From positions 124,001-188,000 of the forward strand of contig NW_021831846.1 in the NCBI RefSeq assembly GCF_006345805.1: DNA of 64,000 bases, read 5' to 3'. The notes below the pieces were generated by a model. The model had not been told where the DNA came from. It made no database searches and saw nothing but the letters and a program-made list of their open reading frames with translations. The position numbers and the translations under genes are program-made. This DNA is from Octopus sinensis. Its lineage: Eukaryota. Positions 38,294-50,751 of the stretch are shown here, one piece after another; position 1 is the stretch's first letter, and the number at the start of each line of letters is the position of its first letter.

Positions 38294-38678
38294 CTAGCAG
38301 TATCGCCCGGCGTTGCTCGGGTTTGTAAGGGAAATAACTATATAAGCATTTTTAGAGTTATAGCCAAAAAAATGCATTAAAAATGGGAAAAAAATGATGG
38401 TAAATTTTTTTTTAAATCGTTGACTCATCGTAGACATTTTTAGAGAGTTACTTCCCTTATATAATAGCGAAAAACATGCATTAAAATGGAAAAAATGGTG
38501 GTAAATTTTTTTTAAATCGTAGACTCATTGTAGACGCGCGCTAATACCCAGAAGGGCTCGATATGAATCACGACTATAAGATACCCGGTTTTGGTTAAAC
38601 TGCACCGCAAAATGTGGGAGTAGTTAGGAATCTAAATCGTAGGAGACAGACACACAACTTCACTTTTATATATAAAGA
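38294..38678 (-). mobile_element. Non-autonomous Helitron, copy 2
   Basis: Reverse complement of copy 1 with the same TC...CTAG termini at an A|T site. Confidence 0.88.
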
Positions 38679-39252
38679 TTTTAAAGTGACCTAAACCAGA
38701 AAAGCAAAAAATAACCCCATCAAAATTTCATGTTAATTTGTCCCAAACACCTTCACTCTTTAGGCATTCAGATTATTCTGTCAAATATATTTATTCGCAT
38801 TGTTTTGATTGAATCATGCCTTGTAGCTTTGAGATTTTGATAGGGGGATTGGTATTTTTTTTTTTTCCAACAATAATGTAGAATACATGCAAGAGGCTGG
38901 GTCATGTTGAGTCTTTGAGTTGGATATCATCATCTTGCATCCATTTTCTGTGCTGACGTGGGTTGGATGGTGTGACAGGGCCTGGCAAGACCAGGTGTCA
39001 CACCAGGCTCAATAGTCCATTTTGGACTGGTTTCTACATCCGGATGCCCTTAATGCCAACCACTTTACTGTGTACTGAGTGCTTTTCATGTGGCACCAGT
39101 CCTTTTTATGTGGCTTCTTTAAATGCTAATGGGTTAATGAGTTATACTGAATTACTTTGAAAATTAATTGAAACAAAGACAGTGTATTTGAACAGAAATA
39201 TTGTAATAAAGTAGTTAAAAAACAAACATAAAACAAAAAACAAACAAACATA

Positions 39253-39654
39253 GGCGCAGGAGTGGCTGTGTGGTAAGTATTTTGCTTACCAACCACATGG
39301 TTCCGGGTTCAGTCGAACTGCGTGGCATCTTGGGCAAGTGTCTTCTGCTATAGCCTCGGGCCGACCAAAGCCTTGTGAGTGGACTTGGTAGACGGAAACT
39401 GAAAGAAGCCTGTCGTATATATATATATATATATGTGTGTGTGTATATGTTTGTGTGTCTGTGTTTGTCCCTCTAGCATTGCTTGACAACCGATGCTGGT
39501 GTGTTTACGTCCTCGTCACTTAGCGGTTCGGCAAAAGAGACCGATAGAATAAGTACTGGGCTTACAAAGAATAAGTTCCGGGGTTGATTTGCTCGACTAA
39601 AGGTGGTACTCCAGCATGGCCGCAGTCAAAATGACTGAAACAAGTAAAAGAGTA
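39253..39654 (+). mobile_element. SINE family A
   Basis: Full-length copy. Confidence 0.85.
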
Positions 39655-39952
39655 TAGAAATCATGCCAAGATGAAATGTCTGAGCAATCTGTAATCCCCA
39701 ACCCATTTAGTGTAGCAATGAGAAATGGATTGGACTGTGCTGTCTGGTATGGAAAGCAAGTGTAAAATGATGAATACTGGCACAAAAAAATATGCATCCA
39801 GTCTATGCTGTAAAGTGGTTGGCATGAGGAAGAGTACCCCAGCTGTAGAAATCATGTCAAAGCAGACACTGGAGCTAGATGCAGTCTTGGGACACATCAA
39901 ATCCTGTTAAACTGTACAGCTCATGCCAGCATGAAACAGGGTCATTAAATGT

Positions 39953-40000
<48 letters not shown>

Positions 40001-40029
40001 CACACACAATACATATACATACATGCACA

Positions 40030-40335
40030 CACATACTTCAAACTAGCAATACCTCTCACTGACCATTCTTCCTCATGGGTAGACACAAGAGCCACTCCTA
40101 ATTCCTTCTTCCTTGACCTTAAACAATATTAGCCCTACCACACACATAGATTAACAGCCACAACCACACACACACGTGTTATCATTACACACACATGCAC
40201 ACGCAGACCTGCACGCATGCACATATCCACATTTACACACACATACCTCCTCTTGCACTCTCCTGTCTTTGAAAGAATTTTCTTCACCCATTCCCTTCCG
40301 GTCATGCAAAATGTGACCGCGTGTGTACCGTTGGC

Positions 40336-40377
<42 letters not shown>

Positions 40378-40553
40378 CCTTCTCCGTCTTCCTTTCTCTG
40401 GATCTTTCCTTTCCCTATGTTTCTGATGAAGAGCTCTGCTCGAAATGTTAAACCCTCCTTTTTCCCTTCCTTCTTGAGCGTCCAATAATACTAGATTTGT
40501 TCCATGTCCTTGCGTTGTTGTTTTCTCTTTGTGTTTTCATGTTTGGATTAACT
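40030..40553 (+). mobile_element. Penelope-like element 3' end / pseudo-LTR
   Basis: Pyrimidine-rich tail containing a CTGATGA...GAAA hammerhead-like core, flanked by (TA)n. A similar, more decayed end lies on the minus strand at about 9840-10135. Confidence 0.6.
40419..40453 (+). ncRNA. Minimal hammerhead-ribozyme-like motif (Penelope type)
   Basis: GTTT-CTGATGA-A-GAGC-TCT-GCTC-GAAA-TGTT-AAAC: conserved core boxes, 4-bp stem II, 4-bp stem I, vestigial stem III. Confidence 0.55.
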
Positions 40554-40581
40554 TATATATATATATATCAAAATGTAATAT

Positions 40582-40693
40582 GGGACAATTATTCGGTAGC
40601 CATGATAAAACTCCATGTTTTTCCGATGGTGGCGTGGATTTCCACCTCGGCATCCGGAACTCAGTTTTATCATGGCTACCGAATAATTGTCCC
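40582..40693. repeat. Perfect 31-bp inverted repeat with a partly self-complementary 50-nt spacer
   Basis: GGGACAATTATTCGGTAGCCATGATAAAACT (40582-40612) and its exact reverse complement (40663-40693). Confidence 0.93.
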
Positions 40694-41911
40694 TTATTAA
40701 ATAATTTGGGAAAACAAATTTCCAAATCATTCAGGTGTAACCCTTCAGTGTTATATGCATCTACATATCGTACTTTGGGGTCTTATTTATCATATATTTA
40801 TCTATAAATATACAGGGGTGTAACCAGCCCACCTGTGCGTACCTTTTCCTTCTTTGAACACTGATCTCTGCTTGCGAAGACCTGTTGAGGCAAGTAAAAC
40901 CGAAATCTAAATCAAAGTGAAATTTGATGACAGGCACAAGCACCATTCGAGTGTGATCGTTGCCAGCCTTGCATTACTGGCACTTGTGCCTCGTGCTAGT
41001 AGGGTGCTAAGAGCACCATCTGAGCGTGATCGTTGCCAGAGTGGCTAACTAGCTTCTGTGCTGGTAGAATGTAGGAGGCACCATTCGAGCGGGATCGTTA
41101 CCAGCATCACCTTACTGGCACCTGTGCCATTGTCATGTGTGTAAAATTCGAGCAAGGTCGTCGCCAGTACCACCTGACTGGCCCATGTGTAAAAATTCGA
41201 GCGAGGTCATTGCCAGTACTGCCTGACTGGCCCCCACTACACTATCGGAGTGGTTGGCGTTAGGAAGGGCATCCAGCTGTAGAAACTCTGCCAGATCAAG
41301 ACTGGAGCTTGGTGCAGCCATCTGGTTCACCAGCCCACAGTCAAACCGTCCAACCCATGCTAGCATGGAGAACGGACGTTAAACGATGATGATGATGATG
41401 AAACAAAGTATCTGATAAGAGTCAATATTAATTACTTTCTTGCCAACCCTATATGTATACACACACACACACACACACATGTATATACACACATAAACAC
41501 ACACAATATATAATTATAGTAAGGGCATTGAGTAGCACTACAAGCTAGAAATAGACACCAAATGACTCTAAGAACTACATTATTTATCACATTGGCACAG
41601 GCTGAAAGTGAGGGAAATGAACAAAGATTTTTTTAAATGGTTTAACCATAGAGCGATTTCTGCTTTAGGAATGTAACACCCTTTGCTGTCTTCAGTTTGG
41701 TAGAACTCAAAGTACATAATTATAAACATAGCGGTGCCCCAGCATGGCCACAGCTCATAAGCTGAAACTACAATCAATCATACCCATATGAACATAACGT
41801 ATCCACAAGTGCATATACAAATGTTGACACTAGATCTAATTCATGCATCTCAACCACGTGTGAATAGGACCAAAATAATTCCTCAGTAATTAAATTGAAG
41901 TGATTTATATT

Positions 41912-42198
41912 TATCTTCATAATCAAGGATAAAATCTATACATCTATATAAGATTTTATGAAGTAGCCAGCATGTAATATTAAATAAACCATTAAAAAAA
42001 AAAAAACTTTAGTTCATTTCTCTCACTTTCAGCCCATGTCAATGTGATAAGAGCCATTGGCATCTATTTCTAGCATGTGGTGCTACTCATTAGTGCCCTT
42101 ACTATATTTAAATAATTATATATTTTGTATTAATTTTTACCTACATGCTGGCTACTTGATAAAATCTTATATAGATTTTATCCTTAATTATAAAGATA
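41912..42198. repeat. Imperfect inverted repeat, arms about 60 bp, spacer about 165 bp
   Basis: 41912-41976 (...ATCTATATAAGATTTTATGAAGTAGCCAGCATGTA) versus 42142-42198 (TACATGCTGGCTACTTGATAAAATCTTATATAGAT...). Confidence 0.85.
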
Positions 42199-42557
42199 TC
42201 TATATATCTTAATTCATCACAGAAGTGATTCATTTCCACTAACTTTTTATAAAAAAAAGTGACAGGCGGGGGTCTATTTGTGCATTGTAATTCATCCCTA
42301 ATCATCAGAGCTAAGATGATCTGCATAAGAAATGAGATCCACAGGATATGCAGTGGGGCAAGGAAGCTGAAACACCATCATATAATTCTGAAAAGCCCTT
42401 ATGGAGAATGGCTATCCAGACCCTTTCACCAAATGCCAGGACATCACCAGACCACAAAACCTACACATTCAAGGATAATGCAGTTTTAGCAACTGGATAA
42501 TCTATAGGAAGGGTCTGAATCTATGTATAATCTATAGGAATTGTCTCAATATATATC

Positions 42558-42790
42558 TATTTCTTTATTACCCACAAGGGGCTAAACACAGAGGGGACAA
42601 ACAAGGACAGACATAGGTATTAAGTCGATTACATCGACCCCAGTGCGTAACTGGTACTTATTTAATCGACCCCGAAAGGATGAAAGGCAAAGTGACCTCG
42701 GTGGAATTTGAACTCACAACGTAACGCAGACGAAATACCGCTAAGCATTTCACCCGGCGTGCTAACGTTTCTGCCAGCTCGCTGCCTTTT
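42558..42790 (-). mobile_element. Short SINE family D
   Basis: TSD ATTGTCTCAATATATATC at 42540-42557 and 42791-42808. Confidence 0.87.
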
Positions 42791-43146
42791 ATTGTCTCAA
42801 TATATATCATTTAACATCCCCTTTTCTGTGCTGGCATAGGTTGGATAGTTTGACCAGAACAGATGAGCCAAAGGACTCCACCAAATTCTGTCTACTTCTG
42901 AATGGTTTCTGCAACTGGAGGCCAGTCTTAACAACCACCACCTAAGTGTACTGGGTGTATTTTATGTGGCACTAACGCCAGTGAGATTGCCAAATAGCTG
43001 CAGGATAAGATCCTTCAACTGAGTGGAGTATAGACTGAAGGAATAAGAAACTATGATAGAGTGAGAGGAGCAAGTGTCTTGCTGAAGAGGTGAATACATG
43101 GCTTGCCCACCTAGAAAGAGATATGAGGCTCAGGTATAATGTTAGT

Positions 43147-43520
43147 GGACGGAAGCACTCCGTTGGTTACAACGACGAGGGTTCCGGTTGATCCGATTAG
43201 CGGAACAGCCTGCTCGTGAAATTAACCTGTAAGTGGCTGAGCACTCCGCAGACACGTGTACCCTTAACGTAGTTCTCGGGGATATTCAGCGTGACACAGA
43301 GAGTGATAAGGCCGGCCCTTTTAAAATACAGATACAACAGAAACAGGAAGTAAGAGTGAGAGAAAGTTGTGGTGAAAGAGTACAGCAGGGATCACCACCA
43401 TCCCTGCCGGAGCCTCGTGGAGCTTTTAGGTGTTTTCGCTCAATAAACACTCACAACACCCGGTCTGGGAATTGAAACCGCGAGTCCGCTGCCCTAACCA
43501 CTGGGCCATTGTGCCTCCAC
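43147..43520 (-). mobile_element. SINE family B
   Basis: Near-identical to the 14391 copy; TSD ATAATGTTAGT at 43136-43146 and 43521-43531. Confidence 0.88.
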
Positions 43521-43866
43521 ATAATGTTAGTATGAGAGAGAAGGATAGAAGAGCAGAAAAGGTGGATGTGTAGGTAAGTGGATTGTGAAAATAGTGTGAC
43601 ATGATTAGAGATGGGGAATGAATTGGATGCAGAGGATATCGGTTCAGTGTGGGGAGAAGTGAAGAAATGGGATAAAGTGTGTTGTGTGGACATGTTGAAT
43701 TTTATTTGATATAGTTCTGATAGCCTCTGCATTTACTAAGATCTGATGTTTGATGTATTTCTTTTTGTTTTTGGTGAAATTGGAGTGTGGTAGAAGCGAG
43801 TTGGTTACATTTATATTTGATGCCTTAATTTCTTCATGGTAATTTTATTTCAATTTTTGTTTGTAG

Positions 43867-43993
43867 GATGGTGGTTTGGAAGAAACTGATGTGACACAAG
43901 GTAGCAGGTTTAGCCGCTGGTTCAGTCAAACTGCCAACCATGACAACAACAGCAGGCGTTCCTCTATTGTTGAGGAGACAGGCTGTATACGAG
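43867..43993 (+). CDS. EIF4ENIF1: 4E-T coding exon 9 (DGGLEETDVTQGSRFSRWFSQTANHDNNSRRSSIVEETGCIR)
   Basis: ttgtAG acceptor, G|GTAGGT donor, phase 0 to 1. Conserved SRFSRWF motif. Confidence 0.94.
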
Positions 43994-45190
43994 GTAGGTC
44001 CGCAATAATCTCCCTGGTAGTACATGGGGGTAGCTATTGGTATAATAGTACTTGTATAGATACTCTGCTTAGCCCCGTAAGGGAGCAGATGCTCAGGAGC
44101 CATCTAAAGATCACATTTACCGAAACATCTGAATACAGATTTAAAAAAAAAAATTCAGCCTATGTTTGTTTTGAGCTAGGTTTTAATGGTGATAGTTTTT
44201 TCATTGCGGGGCATATTAATCCTAGATTTATTTAAAAAAAAAAAATCTAAACATTTACAAAAATGAAGTTTGACAGATCCATGTCCACAAATCATCTGAT
44301 AGCTGTGCTTTTGAAGACCTGGAATAAAAAGAATTCTTCTGGAAAGAAGGTATGGATTAGCAAGAGGAAGGACATCCATCTGTAAAAGCATGCCTTGGTA
44401 TGTACTCAAAGTTGTACTTGCATGGATAAACAGATCTAAAATAAGATACATATATGCTGCTGGACACCTGTCACTGAGGAAACCACAGCAGGGTGAAATC
44501 ACATGATCTGGCAGTCCTGTTGGCTGTAGCAGATGATCTTTGTCTGTCACTGATCTGTGCTTTCATGCAGCACAAGTCATGGGAGATCCTCTCGAGATAA
44601 ATAATGCAGTATTTTGTGTTCTAACACAACCTCCATTTTAAGTTGATCAAGATTACCTTTTGGCATTAATACTTTTTTTTGTTGCTATTATATATGTATA
44701 TATAATGTGTGTGTTAGTGGAGAGTCCTGTTTTAATGCCCTATTAATTGAATATATATATATAAAATATTATTGTAAGAGCTCAAATTAAGGGAGGTATG
44801 GTTACTACATTGACTAGGTAGGCCATGGAATTAAATAGAAGTTTCTTCATTGGTTTGAGCTTTTGGCAGTGGTTTTAATTAACCAGTTTCCCTTTAAAAA
44901 ATTGAACAATCAAGATTTTTTTTTCTTTAGTACTATGTCAAATTTGCAACCCTTGTTGGTTTCTATTTTATTTGAAAGCAGAGGTAGATGAAGATTTAGC
45001 TGATTGATTTTGCATGTCAGATGCCTGCAATATCTCTGATATTTGTTCTTATCGCAGCAAATCCATAAAAGATGTTGGCCAAAGTTGTTTCAGGATTATA
45101 TTATTTTGACTTGTTTTGGAAAATGAAATTAAGTGTTAAATTTTAGATCAAATTTAAGAGATTGGAATAAATATATATTTAATCCTGCAT

Positions 45191-45527
45191 GTGAAGGTGC
45201 ATGGCTCAGTGGTTAGTGTCGAGCTTACGATCGTGAGGTTGTGAGTTTGATTCCCAAACTGGACTGTGTTGTGTTCTTGAGCAAGACACTTTATTTCCCG
45301 TTGTTCCCGTTCACTCAGCTGTAGAAATGAGTTGCAACATCACTGGTGCAAAAGCTGTATCGGCCCCTTGCCTTTCCCTTGGATAACATCAGTGGTGTGG
45401 AGAGGGGAGGCTGGTATGCATGGGTGACTGCTGGCATTCCATAAACAACCTTGCCTGGACTTGTACCTCAGAGGGTAACTTTCTAGGTGCAATCCCATGG
45501 TCATTCATGACCGAAGGGGTTTTCCTC
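45191..45527 (+). mobile_element. SINE family C
   Basis: Matches the 7826 copy; TSD AATCCTGCA. Confidence 0.85.
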
Positions 45528-45750
45528 AATCCTGCAATAATTATGGATTTACAACCTATGACTTACCAACCATTCTCTCTAAATTCATGTTGGCAAGTGG
45601 GCTGGGCGAAACAAAGCAATAGCCATTCATTTCTTGATGGAAACTATTTTTAACAATGTTTGAAATGCTAAATCTTCAAACTTTAGCCAGTAGTGTAAAA
45701 TTTCTAAAACCAGAAACCAAAATAATACATTATAGACCTTGCTAGCAGGG

Positions 45751-45784
<34 letters not shown>

Positions 45785-48700
45785 TATATATAATTCTCTA
45801 TTCGAAGTGAAAAATTAAATAATCACAAGAATTTGAGACGAGGATCCAGATGACCAAATTGTAAACTCTAATCTATTTAATCCCCACCTTTCCAGTATTT
45901 CCACTGCTCTGAATAGCTAACAAAGTAAATGCTTACATCACGGATTGAATTTTAATTTCCAATAAAGGTTGCTATAACAAGGATATTCTAGTTGAACTGC
46001 TATTGTATGTTTACTATTTTTCATAACGTTCTTTCTATTTCTAAGATAAAATTGGAAAGCGTTTATTTGGGTTTGTGGGGAATCTCCTGAAAAAAATTAT
46101 GCATAGGAAAGATTTATCTTTGAAATGAATTGTCATCAAGGTTACTATTTTGGCCCCTAATTCTTCCCAGTTAGCTGTTGTAAAATATTTCTAATCTTTT
46201 AAAACCTATTTCTTAAGATATATATATATCACCTGAGTATCTGTTTATTTTGAAAGTGATCAAAAAATTGTGAGGTATTTAATAAAATAATTATGGTTAT
46301 TAAGCTGGTTTTTGGAACACGGCTTAAAGTTCTTGCATGAAACTAAAATAGGTATTAAGTACAGGTGCAAAATCAAGGTTTTGGAAACATTGGTTCCAAA
46401 GCTTTTTTGGATTACTGATTTTCTGAACCAGAGATGGTCATGCTCTAAATTAAATATTAAATTAACTTAATTAAATGCAATACATGTACCTGTACATTAG
46501 TATAAGTGATACAAGTTTATCATTACTGTACTGTGCAAATTACCTGTAAATTAGTCTGGTTGCCATGGGAATTGCAAATTCTTCATTAATTAATGTGGAT
46601 TATAAGAGGTTCTGGACGATTAGTGTCTGGAAAGTCGGTGTTATGTCTTTATAAACACTTCAGAACAGATAGTTTTGTAAAACGAATCAGCAATAGTTTC
46701 AAGTGGGTTGGTTCCACAAGGAAGTAGGGCAGGGAAAAGACAAACCTTGTGCGTTCATGTTGTGACTGGTTACTGTGTATATTTACCTGACACAGCACTT
46801 GGGTTTGGAATTACTTATTCTGATGATTGATTGCTTATTTTGCAGTACACTTGATTTGAACAACTTGTTTTAAAAAATTGGTTCACGAAATTGCTAGAAT
46901 TCTTAACTCATTGCAGTGAGAACAGACTTCATCAAACCTTATAAAACTTCTTTGTGTGTGTGTGTGTGTGTAAATATTGTTTTTATTTGGATAACCTTGT
47001 GTATTTATACAAAAGTAGAGTTCAAAACAAACTCCTTTTTGGTCAATTTCAGTGTGTGGAGTCAGCTGTGTGTTAAGCTTTGACATGTCATTGATAATTG
47101 AATTTTGAAATGACCAACTGCTCCAAAAATATCTTATACACATGCTTACACATATGTCCTACATTTTTAATGCCAAGTTTCATCTCACATGGCCTGATAT
47201 TAGTTGAAAAGCAGTTCTAGTGATATTTTTTATCTTTAACCCTCTTTTTACTGTGAAAATCAGAAATATCCACTTGAGATTTCGTTACTCTTAACTGCAG
47301 GAAGCTGTTTTAATATGCCAGTCTACCAATCTCTCTTTTGTTGAGGAATGATGTTTGAAACTACATTTTGTTGTGATGAATCAAATTTATCAAGGCAACG
47401 TGACTTGCAGAAAATACTCATTCTATGTTATGATAGATATCTGATATTACCGGAATCATCATCATCATCATAGTTTAACGTCCGCTTTCTATGCTAGCAT
47501 GGGTTGGACGATTTTGACTGAGGGCTGGCAAGCCAGACGGCTGCACCAGGCTCCAATCTTGATCTGGCAGAGTTTCTACAGCTCCGAGAGTGTAGTGGGT
47601 GCTTTTTACGTGCCACCGGCAAGAGGGGCCAGTCAGATGGTACTGGCAACGACCTTGCTCGAATCTTTTTACACGTGCCACCGGCACAGGTGCCAGTGAA
47701 GTGACGTTGGTAACGATCACACTCGAATGGTGCCCTTGTACATGCCACGGATACGGAAGCCAGTTGGCTGCTCTGGCAACGATCACGCTCGGATGGTGCT
47801 CTTGGCACCCTACTAGCACAGGCATGAGTGCCAGTAAGGAATAATCTTGAAATTTAAACGATTGATTAGTTAGTTGGTTAGATATATAATGAATTGACTA
47901 AGAATTAAGCAGGGACAGACTCGAGGCAGACCTTGAAATTAAATTTTACAGTTAATGGGTTAACCTAGGTTTTCCATAAAAACACATTGAAATGGAAAGA
48001 TTAGTCATTCATACTTGGAGAAACTGAATATGTGGATGCAGGCTTGGCTGTGGTTAAGCCGTTTGCTTTGCAATCATGTTGTTCTGGGTTAATTTTCATG
48101 GGACAGCACCCTGAGAAAGTGCTTACTTCTATAGTACAGGGCCATTCAATGCCTTGTGTATTTGGTAAACAAAAACTGCATGGAAGCCAGTTGTGTGCAT
48201 GTGCATATCCCAACCCACGACAGCATGGAAGGCTGGTGATAACATATTTATGTGTAATATACATATGTGTGTTTCTCTGCACTTGATAACCAGTATTGGT
48301 TTGTTTACATTCTCGTAACTGAGCTGACTGGCAAAAAGAGACCTGTTGAATAAGTACCAGACATTAAGTACTGGAATCATTTTGCTTGGCCAAAACCAGT
48401 GATCTTTATAAAAAGTGAAAGAATATCCAAAGATAACATATTTACTGTTTAATAGTTTTAATGAAGTCTGTTCTATTATCTGTTATGTATTAATGTTTAT
48501 GTTAATCTTGTTTAATTACTGATTTTGAGTTTATACTAATTGAGTTAATTTTCATGCTGACATTTACATTTCTAACTGTATTTTTAAATATTTTCAATAT
48601 TTGATGTTTGGTTTTCATATTTTTCTTAATGCAGAATATTGAATTTTTATTTGTGAAAACATTTTTACATTCTAGTATTTCATTTATTTCAAATCCATTT

Positions 48701-50634
48701 TCTATGTGATGCTTTTGTCTCAAAGTTGTCTGTAAAATGTGCTTAATGGTAGCTAGTTTTTACATTTTTGTTTTCCTTTGTGCAATTCATTCCACTTATC
48801 TGGCAAGGATACTTTTGACCACTTTCGAAGGGTAGGAGGGAAATGCGAGCTGATTGTAATAATGATATAACTAGAAGCTTAAGGTTTCTAAAATATTTTT
48901 TGGTGAAAATGAAAATAAGGAACTAATAGATTTTAAGTTGTTAATGTAGAAAGGCATACTTATTTCAAAGCATACAATATCTTATTTTTACATTTTGTTT
49001 TAAAGTTAATATTCCTGTTTCCTTTTCAATTTTTTTTTCATGTTTCTAAAATCACATTCTGCCCTAGAAGTATTAAGGAATAGAAGTAAAGCTTCAGCAT
49101 CTATCTTCTGTCTCTTTTATTAAACTTTAGCTCAATTATTAAGCTAGGAAGTTGCTGGCAGAATCATCATCATCATGTCTGCCAAAATGCCCATTGGCTT
49201 TTCTTCCAGTTCTTTACGTTGTGAGCTTAATTCCTGCCAAGGTCCACTTCGCCTTTTTGGTTCTTTTTGGAGCCCATAAAATAAAGTACCAGTCAAATAC
49301 TGGGGTTGATGAAAACAACTTGCTCCCTCCCTTAAAATTATTGGTTTTGTGTCAATTTGAAGCAAACTCTTTTACTAAACCTTAGATTAATTATTAACCT
49401 TTCTATAATCATGGTGTCTCAGTATTGTGATTATAGAAATGTTAATAATTGATCACTGTATTGACCAGACTATTGGATATTGGAGATCGCTGGTTACAAT
49501 GCGCTTTGCATTGTTTTAGCATTTAAATGCTCCCCCCCCCCCACTGATTGGGCTTTGACAAGAGCTGGCAAGACCATGGCTGCACCAAATTCCATTGTCT
49601 GCTTTTTATGTGGGACCACCACCAGTGCCTATTTACATGTCACCTTGGTTTTAGGATATCAATTCTGTTGAGGTGGGCAGGTCTTTTTTTAGTACCGCAA
49701 TGCACCACATATCTTGGCCCTCTGTCATCTCCTTTCTAAGGCTCAGCATTTTGAGATTGGCCTTCTATACTTTATCCCATATCTTCCTGGGTCTCCCTCT
49801 CACACAACTTCCCTCCACTTTAAGTGATTGGCACTTATGCAACTGTCCTCATCCATCTGCATCATGTGACCAAATCCAGTGCAATCTGTTGTCATTCACA
49901 TTGCATATTGTTCCTGTTAACCTTAACTTTTATCTCAATACTCGAGTGTTCTGTTGCACATGTACACTGACAACACATCCACTGGAGTATACCAGCTTCA
50001 TTCCTCGTTAGTCTTCACACATCATTTGCATTCAGGTCCACATCTCACTACCATGTGGCATTGCAGTTCATATACATGCACTATACAATTTTCCTTTCCT
50101 TTTGGGAGAGAGACCTTTGCCAAGTAAAAATTCTGAACTTTCTCCATCCTGTTCTTATTCTAGAAATTATTTACAACTTCCAGAGATCCTCTGGGACATT
50201 AGAGGAAATCAGTTTCCATTTATCTGTGGTCTTAATGACTCCTGTAAATCTTCCACACAAGAACACTACCTTCTCTGTTAACCTTCATAGTATTCCACTG
50301 CATCTTGTGTGTCCATAGTCTGCACTGGGAACACTGAATGGAATCAATGTCTGGAATTACATTTTAGTTTAGTATCTTTTTTTTTTTTTTTTTTTCCTCC
50401 ATAAAAGGAGACAGGCATGTGAACTAAAATCTTAGTTGTAAATCAGAGCTAGCATTCTTACCTCCATACTCTGATTTTCCAGATCTTTGCTTTTATAGTA
50501 AGCACTAAATTCTGTTCAAATTAAAATCTGGTAGTTGAGTGTTTTATCAAATTTATCTACTAATTATGGTAAGACTTAATTACTTCTTAGCAATTGATTT
50601 TTAAAGTTTAAATTTATTCACATGTGCACACACA

Positions 50635-50678
<44 letters not shown>

Positions 50679-50751
50679 CGCATAAATATACTTGTATGGT
50701 TGGTTAAAATTTTTTTTTTTTTGTTACATATTTTTTTCTTAATCTAATCAG

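Noticed and set aside
40339-40378. T40 run and other homopolymers and (TA)n/(TG)n tracts
   Set aside because: Ordinary simple repeats, mostly inside TE copies; their lengths are unreliable in assemblies.
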